A DNA stretch of 64,000 nucleotides from the NCBI GenBank assembly GCA_965216395.1, contig OZ244156.1, positions 1,096,765 to 1,160,764 of the forward strand. The letters are read 5' to 3'. Made by a program: the position numbers and the translations under genes. Position 1 is the first letter of the stretch. Every line of letters begins with the position of its first letter. The notes under the pieces are model-generated. The model was not told where the DNA came from and ran no database searches. It worked only from the letters and a program-made list of their open reading frames with translations. Positions 16,309 to 24,536 of this stretch are shown piece by piece. Source of the DNA: Alphaproteobacteria bacterium (GTDB lineage: Bacteria > Pseudomonadota > Alphaproteobacteria > Micavibrionales > SZUA-601).

Positions 16309-17046
16309 TTGTTCACACCAGAAATTATCAAACATCTTGGACATTACGTCTATCGCCTTATTGATCCTCGTAATGGTGAAACATTTTATGTTGGGAAAGG
16401 GACTAAAAATCGTGTTTTTGATCATGTAAAAGGTGAAATCAAAAGTAAAGATGATGATGACATAAGTCATAAGTTGCAACGTATTAGAGATATTCGTGTT
16501 GACGGCTTTGAAGTTGCGCATGTTATTCATAGGCATGGTTTAGATAGCAAAACAGCCTTTGAAGTTGAAGCAGCCCTGATGGATGCTTATCCAGAAACAA
16601 CCAATGTATCAGGCGGCAGACATTCTGGTGAACGCGGGATCATGCATTCAAAGCAAGTAATTGAACGATATAAAGCAAATGAAACACCCTTTAAACACAA
16701 ACTCTTGATGATTACTGTTAATCGTTCAATATCTGAAAGAGATAGTATTTATGAAGCTGTTAGGTGGGCTTGGAAACTAGCCCCTAAAACAGCCAAACAA
16801 GTTGATTATGTTTTAGCCATGCAACAAGGACTTGTTATTGGTGTGTTCGTTGCAGAAGAATGGTTAAAAGCAACGCCTGAAAACTTTCCAGGCAAAATTG
16901 CTCGCCCGAGACGATGGGGGTTTAATGGGCATGAAGCGCCAGAAGATATTAAGAAAATTTACATGCGCACTAGGATACCCGATGATATGTATAAAAAGGG
17001 AGCAGCCAATCCCATAAAATACATACTAGAGCCCGACAAACATTGA
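16309..17046 (+). CDS. GIY-YIG domain protein (second copy of the fold, different family)
   Basis: The N-terminus GHYVYRLIDPRNGETFYVGKGTKNRVFDH has the GIY-(10)-YIG spacing. It uses a TTG start 6 nt after AGGAG. Confidence 0.65.
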   Translation: MFTPEIIKHLGHYVYRLIDPRNGETFYVGKGTKNRVFDHVKGEIKSKDDDDISHKLQRIRDIRVDGFEVAHVIHRHGLDSKTAFEVEAALMDAYPETTNVSGGRHSGERGIMHSKQVIERYKANETPFKHKLLMITVNRSISERDSIYEAVRWAWKLAPKTAKQVDYVLAMQQGLVIGVFVAEEWLKATPENFPGKIARPRRWGFNGHEAPEDIKKIYMRTRIPDDMYKKGAANPIKYILEPDKH

Positions 17047-17074
17047 GGTATGGCAAAAACAAACTCTACAGCTG
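17045..17074 (+). repeat. Junction motif copy 1 (GAGGTATGGCAAAA...ACAGCTG)
   Basis: GAGGTATGGCAAAAACAAACTCTACAGCTG. Related copies end the two long repeats at 18541-18570 and 21048-21077. Confidence 0.7.
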
Positions 17075-17301
17075 ATTAGATGAAAATTGCCTTATTTGCA
17101 TTTTGACCTGTATCTGGCGACCATGTTTTTGCAAAATAACCTCGCAACGACCCCAGTGATGCGCGGTTGTGAAATAAGATTTCAATTTTTAAAGATATAA
17201 GTGTAATGATTGGTGGTTCGATCTATACTCGAATTAACGCCAACACAGCTCTCTAGATCACTTGATATATCTGAGGTTGAAGTGGATTAATATATCCACT
17301 T

Positions 17302-18426
17302 TTAGTCTATTTTTTCTATTTCATTAAGCATTGGCAAACGATAACTTGTGCTACGCCCCCCGCCTTCATTTTGAATAAATATATGACGGGTTAGTAGATC
17401 TTTTATATCGCGAAGCGCTGTGTCATTAGATGACTTTGTGAGCTTGGCATATTTAGACGTGTTCATATGGCCTTTAAAATCTTCCAGCATTCGATTGATA
17501 ATCAACTGCTGTCTTTCATTAACAGGCTTGTGATTAATGCGCCCCCAAAGATTGTCCTTATATAGAACAGTTTCAAGAATACCTTCTGCTCCCTCAATAG
17601 ACCGACCTAGACAACTCAAGAACCAATCAAGCCAAGGTGTTATGTCAGTTGTGCTTCTTTGTTGTTGTTCAAGCTTTTTATAATAGTCTTTACGCTCATG
17701 ACGAATTTGTGTCGACATTGAATAAAAACGATAATTAGTTTTGTCAGAGCGCGCGAGCATTAAATCTGCAATCGCTCTTGCAATACGACCATTCCCATCT
17801 TCAAAAGGGTGAATAGTAACAAACCATAAATGAGCAACCCCTGCTTTTAAAACAGGGTCAATATTATCAGTATCTGATTCAAACCACTCCAAGAACTGAT
17901 CCATCTCTTTATCTAATGTAGACGCTTGTGGTGCCTCATAGTGAACTTTTTCTTTTCCCGTCGGGCCAGAAACAACCTGCATCGGATCTGTATTCGGTTT
18001 ACGCCATGCACCAACAGTGATTTTTTTCAAACCACTTTGCCCTGTTGGAAACAAGGCTGCATGCCAGCTAAAGAGACGCTCTTTAGTCAAAGGCTCTTTA
18101 TAATTTTGTGTGGCATCTAGGAGCATCTCAACAACGCCATCAACATGACGCCCTGATGGAATGAGCCCTGCAACGTCTAGACCCAACCGCCGCGCCACAG
18201 AAGAACGAACTTCTTGCTGGTTAAGGTTTTCACCTTCAATCTCAGAAGTTTTGAGAATATCCTTGCTGATAATAGTTAGACTTGCTTCTTGTTTTAAAGA
18301 AAATCCGAGCGTATTCATACGTCCAATGAGCAGTCCTTGACGGTGCCGTATATCAGAAAGAGAGGCGGATAAGTCTTTATCGCGCCATGACAGGGTAGGC
18401 CATTGTTTATTTTGATAGATCCACAT
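17302..18426 (-). CDS. Fic/DOC family protein (DUF4172 N-terminus, Fic core, C-terminal wHTH)
   Basis: Fic motif HPFEDGNGRIARAIADL. The N-terminal MWIYQNKQWPTLSWR is typical of DUF4172-Fic proteins. Confidence 0.9.
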   Translation of the reverse strand: MWIYQNKQWPTLSWRDKDLSASLSDIRHRQGLLIGRMNTLGFSLKQEASLTIISKDILKTSEIEGENLNQQEVRSSVARRLGLDVAGLIPSGRHVDGVVEMLLDATQNYKEPLTKERLFSWHAALFPTGQSGLKKITVGAWRKPNTDPMQVVSGPTGKEKVHYEAPQASTLDKEMDQFLEWFESDTDNIDPVLKAGVAHLWFVTIHPFEDGNGRIARAIADLMLARSDKTNYRFYSMSTQIRHERKDYYKKLEQQQRSTTDITPWLDWFLSCLGRSIEGAEGILETVLYKDNLWGRINHKPVNERQQLIINRMLEDFKGHMNTSKYAKLTKSSNDTALRDIKDLLTRHIFIQNEGGGRSTSYRLPMLNEIEKID

Positions 18427-18570
18427 ATTTATTCACCGCATAATTTAAGGTGATTATAACCTATATTCACCGCAAAGGCAAGAATATTCACAGCATAATG
18501 TGCGGTGATTAAACGCCCTATTCACCGCAAAAGACTTTTGGAGGTATGGCAAAATTCAGAAACACAGCTG
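18369..18570 (+). repeat. Direct repeat copy A (fic 5' end, upstream operator region and junction motif)
   Basis: It aligns by eye with 20909-21077 at high identity, except for a ~35-bp segment absent from copy B. Confidence 0.85.
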
Positions 18571-18703
18571 AGACAATTGATACACATGATATTAAAGTAA
18601 AAAACAATACTCTTAAAAACTAATAATTATTTAGATAAGTCATGTTGACATTATAAAACAGAATTATAATATATATAATAAATACATATTATAAAGGTGC
18701 GCC

Positions 18704-19306
18704 ATGCTAAAAGATCAAACTATTGCTATCGTAAGTGTTAAAAAAGAAACTGGGCAAGAAGCAAACACACCAGCAGGCTATGTATCCAATTTGCTGCACG
18801 ATAATGTTAAAGCGGGTGATAACATACAGATTGCACCACCTTGTGGAGATTTTTTCCTAGACTTAACCGAAAAACATGAGCGCCCTTTGGTACTATTATC
18901 TGCAGGAGTAGGCATCACGCCTATCTTGAGCATTCTGTTATCCGTTATAGAAGAAACGCCAGACCGCCCGATTATTTTTATCCACGGCAGTTTAAACAAA
19001 GGAACGCAAGCATTTAAAGAAGTGATTGATAATCTTGCATCGCAACACCCTAATCTTAAAGTTCATTATCGTTACAGTGACCCTATTGATGAAGCACCCA
19101 ATGATACTAATACAAGTATTGGTTTAATTGATGCAAACTTAATTGAAGAAATGGTGTCAGACCGTAATGCAGACTATTATTTCTGTGGTCCAAAGCCTTT
19201 TATGGTCAATATTTACCATGATCTTTTAGAGTGGGGCATCCCAGCATCACAAGTTCATTTTGAATTCTTTGGTCCTCGGCAAGAATTAGAAAGTAAAGTG
19301 GCTTAA
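18704..19306 (+). pseudogene. hmp: 5'-truncated flavohemoprotein (Hmp): part of the FAD domain and the NAD-binding domain only
   Basis: GYVSNLLHDNVKAGDNIQIAPPCGDFFL, LVLLSAGVGITPILSIL, DYYFCGPKPFM and HFEFFGP match the ferredoxin-reductase module of Hmp. The globin domain and the RxYS FAD motif are missing, and no continuation exists upstream in any frame. Confidence 0.7.
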
Positions 19307-19312
19307 CTTTTC

Positions 19313-19741
19313 ATGCAATTAACTCAGTTTACAGACTACGCTCTACGCACGCTAATGTATCTGGCAACTGCGCCTGATCAACTCTCTAGTGTTAAGACAA
19401 TTTCTAGTCACTATGGTATCTCTAATAACCATTTAGTAAAAGTCGTTCATCGCCTTTCCCAGTTTTCATATATTGAAACAACTAAGGGAAAAGGCGGGGG
19501 AATCAAATTGTCAAAAAATTCTCTAACCCTTCGTTTAGGTGACCTTGTCAACACACTAGAACCCAATATGTGTATTGCGGAATGTTTTAATCCCGAAACA
19601 AACACATGTCGTATTACTGATTATTGTCAATTAAAGCACTATCTATTTGAGGCCAATCAATCTTTTATCGATACGCTGAATCAATACACACTTGCTGACA
19701 CCGTTAAAGATAAAAAATTAGCACATAGTATTACGGGGTGA
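19313..19741 (+). CDS. nsrR: Rrf2-family NO-responsive regulator
   Basis: MQLTQFTDYALRTLMYLA plus a three-Cys cluster (CIAECFNPETNTCRITDYC), in the context of hmp and globin genes. Confidence 0.75.
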   Translation: MQLTQFTDYALRTLMYLATAPDQLSSVKTISSHYGISNNHLVKVVHRLSQFSYIETTKGKGGGIKLSKNSLTLRLGDLVNTLEPNMCIAECFNPETNTCRITDYCQLKHYLFEANQSFIDTLNQYTLADTVKDKKLAHSITG

Positions 19742-20205
19742 TTATGCTTTCTTTCTTCTCTAAGCATCAAGATAGCCTAAATATAATAATACCTATGCTC
19801 TATTTAATATGGGCAGGCCTTATTCTTGGGGTATCCTTTATTGCCACGCCTGTAAAATTTCAAGCACCTAACCTGACAATGCCTGTTGCATTGGAAGTTG
19901 GCAAAGCAACTTTTCATCTTTTCAATCCTATTGAATGGGTAATCATCATTGCCATTATTATACTAACAGGTATAGCGCCTAATCTATCTCAGAAATGGGA
20001 TCTAATCTTTTTATTATTACCCCTGCTATTGGCTCAAACTTTTTGGCTACTCCCTGCGTTAGATATACGGGCAGATGCCGTCATTGCAGGAACACCACCA
20101 AACCCAAACCATCTACATTGGATATATATTATAATGGAACTCAGTAAACTTCTTATAACGCTTATTGTGCCATGGCAGATTTTAAAAAGAGGACTTCATG
20201 GCTAG
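19738..20205 (+). CDS. Four-TM membrane protein (DUF4149-like)
   Basis: Hydrophobic segments and 4-nt overlaps with both neighbours. The family call is tentative. Confidence 0.45.
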   Translation: MIMLSFFSKHQDSLNIIIPMLYLIWAGLILGVSFIATPVKFQAPNLTMPVALEVGKATFHLFNPIEWVIIIAIIILTGIAPNLSQKWDLIFLLLPLLLAQTFWLLPALDIRADAVIAGTPPNPNHLHWIYIIMELSKLLITLIVPWQILKRGLHG

Positions 20206-20587
20206 CGACACAATAACAGAAGAATCAATCAAACTTTTAGTAAATAATTTTTATCAAAAGATTCGATTAGATACAGAGTTATCCCCTATTTTCATACAAA
20301 TCATTGGAGAAGATGAAAAAGATTGGGTGCCACATTTAGAGCGCATGTATGCCTTTTGGTCATCTATCATGCTTTCTTCTGGTCAATATCACGGAAACCC
20401 CATGAAAAAGCACAAGGATATTCCAAAATTTAATAAGCAATTATTTGAACGATGGTTATTCTTATTTGCAGAAACAGCACATGAAATACATACAGATGAC
20501 ATCGCTCAAAAATATATTGATAGAAGCCACCGTATTGCAGAAAGCCTAAAGCACGCCCTATACAAGAGTAAAGAAAGAGTAATGTGA
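20198..20587 (+). CDS. Group III truncated haemoglobin (Ctb-like)
   Basis: ITEESIKLLVNNFYQKIRLDTELSPIF...WVPHLERMYAFWSSIMLSSGQYHGNPMKKH...FERWLFLF parallels Campylobacter Ctb-type trHb sequences. Confidence 0.7.
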   Translation: MASDTITEESIKLLVNNFYQKIRLDTELSPIFIQIIGEDEKDWVPHLERMYAFWSSIMLSSGQYHGNPMKKHKDIPKFNKQLFERWLFLFAETAHEIHTDDIAQKYIDRSHRIAESLKHALYKSKERVM

Positions 20588-20862
20588 TGAAAACCCTTCC
20601 TCAAAATTTAAAAAAATATAAATCCACCCCTGTATTTACAGAAAAAAATGTCCCCAGTGGGCTTTTAAAAAACCACATGACGAGACCTGATATATGGGGC
20701 GTTATACAAGTCCAAAAAGGTCAAATTAAATATACTATTCAAAATAAAGACGCTTATATCCTTAGTCCTGATACCAATGGAATTGTTGAACCAGAAACCC
20801 CTCATCATATAAAACCATTGGGATCCGTATCTTTTTTTATTACTTTTTACAAACAAGATTAA
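20584..20862 (+). CDS. DUF1971 protein (TehB N-terminal-like)
   Basis: YKSTPVFTEKNVPSGLLKNH...WGVIQVQKGQIKY...ETPHHIKPLG fits DUF1971. Confidence 0.6.
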   Translation: MMKTLPQNLKKYKSTPVFTEKNVPSGLLKNHMTRPDIWGVIQVQKGQIKYTIQNKDAYILSPDTNGIVEPETPHHIKPLGSVSFFITFYKQD

Positions 20863-20908
20863 ACAAAATTATTATATTTGAGCGCAATCACCATAAAAAC
20901 TGCGGTAA

Positions 20909-21077
20909 ATAAGTCTTTATCGCGCCATGATAGTATTGGCCATTGTTTATTTTGATAGATCCACATATATATTTACCGCAAAGACAAGAATATTCACAGC
21001 ATAATGTGCGGTGATTAGCCATTTCATTCACCGCAAAACCACACTTCGAGGTATGGCAAAATTCAGAAACACAGCTG
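20909..21077 (+). repeat. Direct repeat copy B
   Basis: See copy A. It contains the remnant fic start, the operator-like motifs and the junction motif. Confidence 0.85.
20910..20966 (-). pseudogene. Remnant of a second fic gene (first 19 codons only)
   Basis: Reverse complement from the ATG at 20966 reads MWIYQNKQWPILSWRDKDL, compared with MWIYQNKQWPTLSWRDKDL for the intact gene. Similarity then stops. Confidence 0.8.
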
Positions 21078-21139
21078 GCTTTAATAAAAACGCCTAAAAC
21101 CCTTATATATCAAGGCATCTGGTACCTTGTTCTTGTGTA

Positions 21140-21157
21140 GTCGGCGGTTCGAGCCCG
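21140..21157 (+). repeat. 18-nt inverted copy of the tRNA-Ala T-arm
   Basis: GTCGGCGGTTCGAGCCCG is the exact reverse complement of 21227-21244 inside the tRNA-Ala gene. Confidence 0.8.
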
Positions 21158-21213
21158 TATCGACGCGGGTTACAAAACCATGTTAAGCTATTGATTTTAA
21201 ACGATAAATTTCG

Positions 21214-21289
21214 TGGTGGAGCTGAGCGGGCTCGAACCGCCGACCTCTTCGCTGCCAGCGAAGCGCTCTCCCAGCTGAGCTACAGCCCC
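21214..21289 (-). tRNA. tRNA-Ala (anticodon GGC)
   Basis: Reverse complement: GGGGCTGTAGCTCAGCTGGGAGAGCGCTTCGCTGGCAGCGAAGAGGTCGGCGGTTCGAGCCCGCTCAGCTCCACCA. It folds as a cloverleaf with G3:U70, anticodon loop CTGGCAG and an encoded CCA. Confidence 0.95.
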
Positions 21290-21377
21290 ACACGATCTGA
21301 GATGAACGGAGATTAAATGGCTCTGATCTGTTTTTCAAGAGTAAACTTCTATTGCATCCTTCTTTAATCTGGCTAGA

Positions 21378-22064
21378 ATGCGTTTCATGGAAACAAATGG
21401 TCATATTTATAAAAATACCGTTATTGCGATTGACGGCCCTGCCGCTAGCGGTAAAGGCACATTGGCTAAAAAACTTAGTCGTGAATTTGATTACGCACTT
21501 CTTGACACAGGTTTACTTTATCGTGCTGTTGGATTAATGGTTTTAAATCAAGGCCAAGATCCCGACAACCCAAAAGCAGCAACACAAGCAGCAGAGTTAC
21601 TAACAGATAGTTTGGGTGAAGAAACGCTTAAAAATCCAAAGCTTCGGGGCAACGAAGTAGCGATTGCCGCGTCAAAAGTTTCAGCTGTACCTATGGTCAG
21701 ACAGGTTTTACTTGATTTACAACGTAATTTCGCGCGTACCCCACCTGATGGTAAAAGTGGGGCTGTTCTTGATGGGCGTGATATTGGTACCATTGTCTGC
21801 CCTGATGCTGATTTTAAATTTTTTGTGACCGCAACACCAGAGATACGCGCGGAAAGGCGTTCACGCGAAAAATATGGCGAAAAATGGCTTGAACACTATG
21901 AAACACTGCTCGCTCAAACAATTGAAAGAGATGAACGCGATTCCAACCGCCCTATTGCCCCCTTAAAACCAGCTTTTGATGCGATTATTCTAGATACAAC
22001 CCATATGGATATCGAAACAGTTTTTGCAACCGCTCTCAAAGAAATATATCAGCAAACTTCTTGA
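21378..22064 (+). CDS. cmk: Cytidylate kinase
   Basis: IAIDGPAASGKGTLAKKLS, and synteny with rpsA. Confidence 0.9.
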   Translation: MRFMETNGHIYKNTVIAIDGPAASGKGTLAKKLSREFDYALLDTGLLYRAVGLMVLNQGQDPDNPKAATQAAELLTDSLGEETLKNPKLRGNEVAIAASKVSAVPMVRQVLLDLQRNFARTPPDGKSGAVLDGRDIGTIVCPDADFKFFVTATPEIRAERRSREKYGEKWLEHYETLLAQTIERDERDSNRPIAPLKPAFDAIILDTTHMDIETVFATALKEIYQQTS

Positions 22065-22090
22065 AAATATTCCAAAAATTAAAAAGAATG

Positions 22091-22119
22091 TTTGACATTA
22101 CACTTGTTTTTGCCTAAAC
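22091..22119 (+). promoter_or_regulatory. Possible sigma-70 promoter for rpsA
   Basis: TTGACA (22091-22096), 17-nt spacer, TAAACA (22114-22119). Confidence 0.3.
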
Positions 22120-22226
22120 AGTGGCTGTCTTAAATCCATGATTTGGGACAATCAATCATTAAGGTCAGATGGTATTTGATACCGCCATAGCGATTGAATT
22201 ATTTCTAAAAGGAAAAATTATATATA

Positions 22227-24005
22227 ATGACTAAAACGAATACAGTGGCAAAAATGCCAGAAAATCAACTTAACGAAGACTTCGCTCAACTACTCGAGGA
22301 GTCGCTTTCTAACAATACATTCAAAATCGGTTCTGTTACCAGAGGTACGGTTATTGGCTTTGAAAAAGATCTTGTGATCATTGACGTAGGCCTTAAATCT
22401 GAAGGACGTGTTCCTGTTCGTGAATTTTCACCAGCCGGTGGTGAACTTGACATTGATATCGGTGACAAAATCGATGTTTTTGTTGAACGTATGGAAGACC
22501 GTAATGGTGAGATTGTTCTTTCTCGTGAAAAAGCACGTCGTGAAGAAGCATGGATTGAACTTGAAAAACTTCATGAAAAAGGAGAGCGTGTCAACGGAAT
22601 TATCTTTAACCGTGTTAAAGGCGGTTTTACCGTTGATCTAAGTGGTGCAATCGCATTTTTACCCGGTTCTCAAGTGGATATTCGTCCCATCAAAGATGTG
22701 ACACCCTTAATGGGGACCCCTCAACCATTCCAGATTCTAAAAATGGATCGTGCACGTGGGAATATTGTTGTTTCACGTCGTGCTGTCTTGGAAGAAAGCC
22801 GTGCAGAAGCGCGTGGTGAACTCATTCAAGGTATGTCTGAAGGTCAAACACTTGATGGTGTTGTAAAAAATATTACAGATTATGGTGCTTTTATTGATTT
22901 AGGTGGCGTGGACGGCTTGCTTCATGTGACAGATATCTCATGGCAAAGAATCAATCATCCATCGGAAGTTTTAACAGTTGGACAAACCGTTAAAGTTCAA
23001 GTTATTCGCTTTAACGAAGACAACCAACGTATTTCATTAGGTATGAAACAGCTTGAATCAGACCCATGGGAAGATGTTGCCGTAAAATACCCTGTTCAAA
23101 CGAAAGCTAAAGGGCGTATTACAAATATTGCCGACTATGGTGCTTTTGTTGAATTAGAGCCAGGTATTGAAGGCCTTATTCACGTTTCTGAAATGTCATG
23201 GACCAAGAAAAACGTTCATCCAAGCAAAATTGTTTCAACTTCACAAGAAGTAGAAGTCATGGTTCTTGAAGTTGATACCGATAAGCGTCGTATCAGCCTT
23301 GGCTTGAAACAATGTTTGGATAATCCATGGTCAAGCTTCACTGAAAAATATAGTGTCGGTGACGTTATCGAAGGCGAAGCAAAAAATACCACTGAATTTG
23401 GTCTTTTTGTCGGCCTTGACGGTGATATCGACGGTATGGTTCATATGTCAGATATTTCATGGGACTTAGATGGAGAAGAAGCGCTCCAAACTGTTGAAAA
23501 AGGTTCAACCGTTAAGGCTAAAATTCTTGAAATCGATGCAGAAAAGGAACGTATTTCTTTGGGCATGAAGCAATTGACAGATGACCCGTTTGCAGGCGCT
23601 CTTGATGGTGTTTCTAAAGGTTCTGTTGTAACATGTACAATCACAGCAACAGACGCTAAAGGTGTTGAAGTATCTGTTAAAGAGAGTTTGACCGGTTACA
23701 TTAAGAAAAGCGATTTATCGCGTGAGCGTTCAGAACAACGTGTCGATCGTTTTGCTGTTGGCGAAAAAGTTGACGCTATGGTCGTTTCGATTGAAAAATC
23801 GTCTCGCAAGTTGAATCTTTCGATTAAGGCACGTGAACTGGCTGAAGATAAAAAAGCCGTTGCTGAATACGGTTCTTCCGACAGTGGTGCATCCCTTGGT
23901 GACATTCTCGGTGCTGCGTTACAAAACCAAAAAGCAGAAGAGAAACCAAAGAAAAAAGCTTCAGCAAAAAAGAAAGACGAAAAATCGTCTGACGAAGACA
24001 AATAA
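22227..24005 (+). CDS. rpsA: 30S ribosomal protein S1
   Basis: Six S1-domain repeats (for example GTVIGFEKDLVIIDVGLKSEGRVP and VVKNITDYGAFIDLGGVDGLLHVTDISW) and an acidic/Lys-rich tail. Confidence 0.95.
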   Translation: MTKTNTVAKMPENQLNEDFAQLLEESLSNNTFKIGSVTRGTVIGFEKDLVIIDVGLKSEGRVPVREFSPAGGELDIDIGDKIDVFVERMEDRNGEIVLSREKARREEAWIELEKLHEKGERVNGIIFNRVKGGFTVDLSGAIAFLPGSQVDIRPIKDVTPLMGTPQPFQILKMDRARGNIVVSRRAVLEESRAEARGELIQGMSEGQTLDGVVKNITDYGAFIDLGGVDGLLHVTDISWQRINHPSEVLTVGQTVKVQVIRFNEDNQRISLGMKQLESDPWEDVAVKYPVQTKAKGRITNIADYGAFVELEPGIEGLIHVSEMSWTKKNVHPSKIVSTSQEVEVMVLEVDTDKRRISLGLKQCLDNPWSSFTEKYSVGDVIEGEAKNTTEFGLFVGLDGDIDGMVHMSDISWDLDGEEALQTVEKGSTVKAKILEIDAEKERISLGMKQLTDDPFAGALDGVSKGSVVTCTITATDAKGVEVSVKESLTGYIKKSDLSRERSEQRVDRFAVGEKVDAMVVSIEKSSRKLNLSIKARELAEDKKAVAEYGSSDSGASLGDILGAALQNQKAEEKPKKKASAKKKDEKSSDEDK

Positions 24006-24019
24006 AACATCATGAAAAA

Positions 24020-24050
24020 GCCAAACCCAATATAAGGGGTTTGGCTTTTT
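24020..24050 (+). terminator. Rho-independent terminator after rpsA
   Basis: GCCAAACCC-loop-GGGTTTGGC followed by TTTTT. Confidence 0.8.
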
Positions 24051-24083
24051 CAAATACTCAAAATATAAACGGACTAAATTACT

Positions 24084-24368
24084 ATGACAAAATCAGAGCT
24101 TATCTTACGTATTACTGATAAAAATCCCCATTTAGGTCAAGAGGATATTGAGAGAATTGTCACAACAATTCTTCATGAAATTACAGACGCTCTCGCAAAG
24201 GGCAATCGCGTTGAACTCCGTGGCTTTGGTGTTTTTTCTGTTAAAGAACGTAACCCACGCGATGGTAGAAATCCACGCACAGGCGAATCAGTGAAGGTTG
24301 AAAAAAAGAAAGTTCCGTTCTTTAAAACCGGAAAACTGTTGCATGAAAAGCTCAATAGTGAAAAATAA
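24084..24368 (+). CDS. ihfB: Integration host factor beta subunit
   Basis: MTKSELI...[43 protein letters not shown], in the cmk-rpsA-ihfB synteny. Confidence 0.9.
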   Translation: MTKSELILRITDKNPHLGQEDIERIVTTILHEITDALAKGNRVELRGFGVFSVKERNPRDGRNPRTGESVKVEKKKVPFFKTGKLLHEKLNSEK

Positions 24369-24384
24369 TCTGTATTTTTTTTAT

Positions 24385-24412
24385 AAAAAAGGCTGATTTT
24401 TCGGCCTTTTTC
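24385..24412 (+). terminator. Terminator after ihfB
   Basis: AAAAAAGGC-loop-GCCTTTTT. Confidence 0.55.
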
Positions 24413-24536
24413 TTTATTATTTTTTAATAATTTACATATTAATTTGAAATTAGCAAAATATTGTTGTATGTATGTGGCATAACATTATTTATAAGAAAAT
24501 TACTTAATTGATGATTTTTAAGAAATATTAAGAAGG

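Noticed and set aside
18651-18700. Possible NsrR operator (AAATACATATT) in front of the truncated hmp
   Set aside because: Only one half-site shows partial similarity to the NsrR inverted-repeat consensus, and the partner half is not recognisable. In AT-rich sequence this is too weak to report as a site.
17050-21095. Mini-ORFs starting in the junction motif (MAKTNSTAD, MAKFRNTAETID..., MAKFRNTAGFNKNA)
   Set aside because: The GGAGG-like stretch ends only 1-2 nt before the ATG, and the peptides diverge immediately after 8 residues. The conservation is better explained at the DNA level.
21183-21404. 73-aa minus-strand ORF
   Set aside because: It overlaps the tRNA-Ala gene and the cmk start region, so it is an artefact of ORF calling.
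22286-24015. Several ORFs overlapping rpsA on both strands (for example 23696..24013 minus, 22408..22641 plus)
   Set aside because: They lie fully inside the highly conserved S1 gene and have no independent signals.
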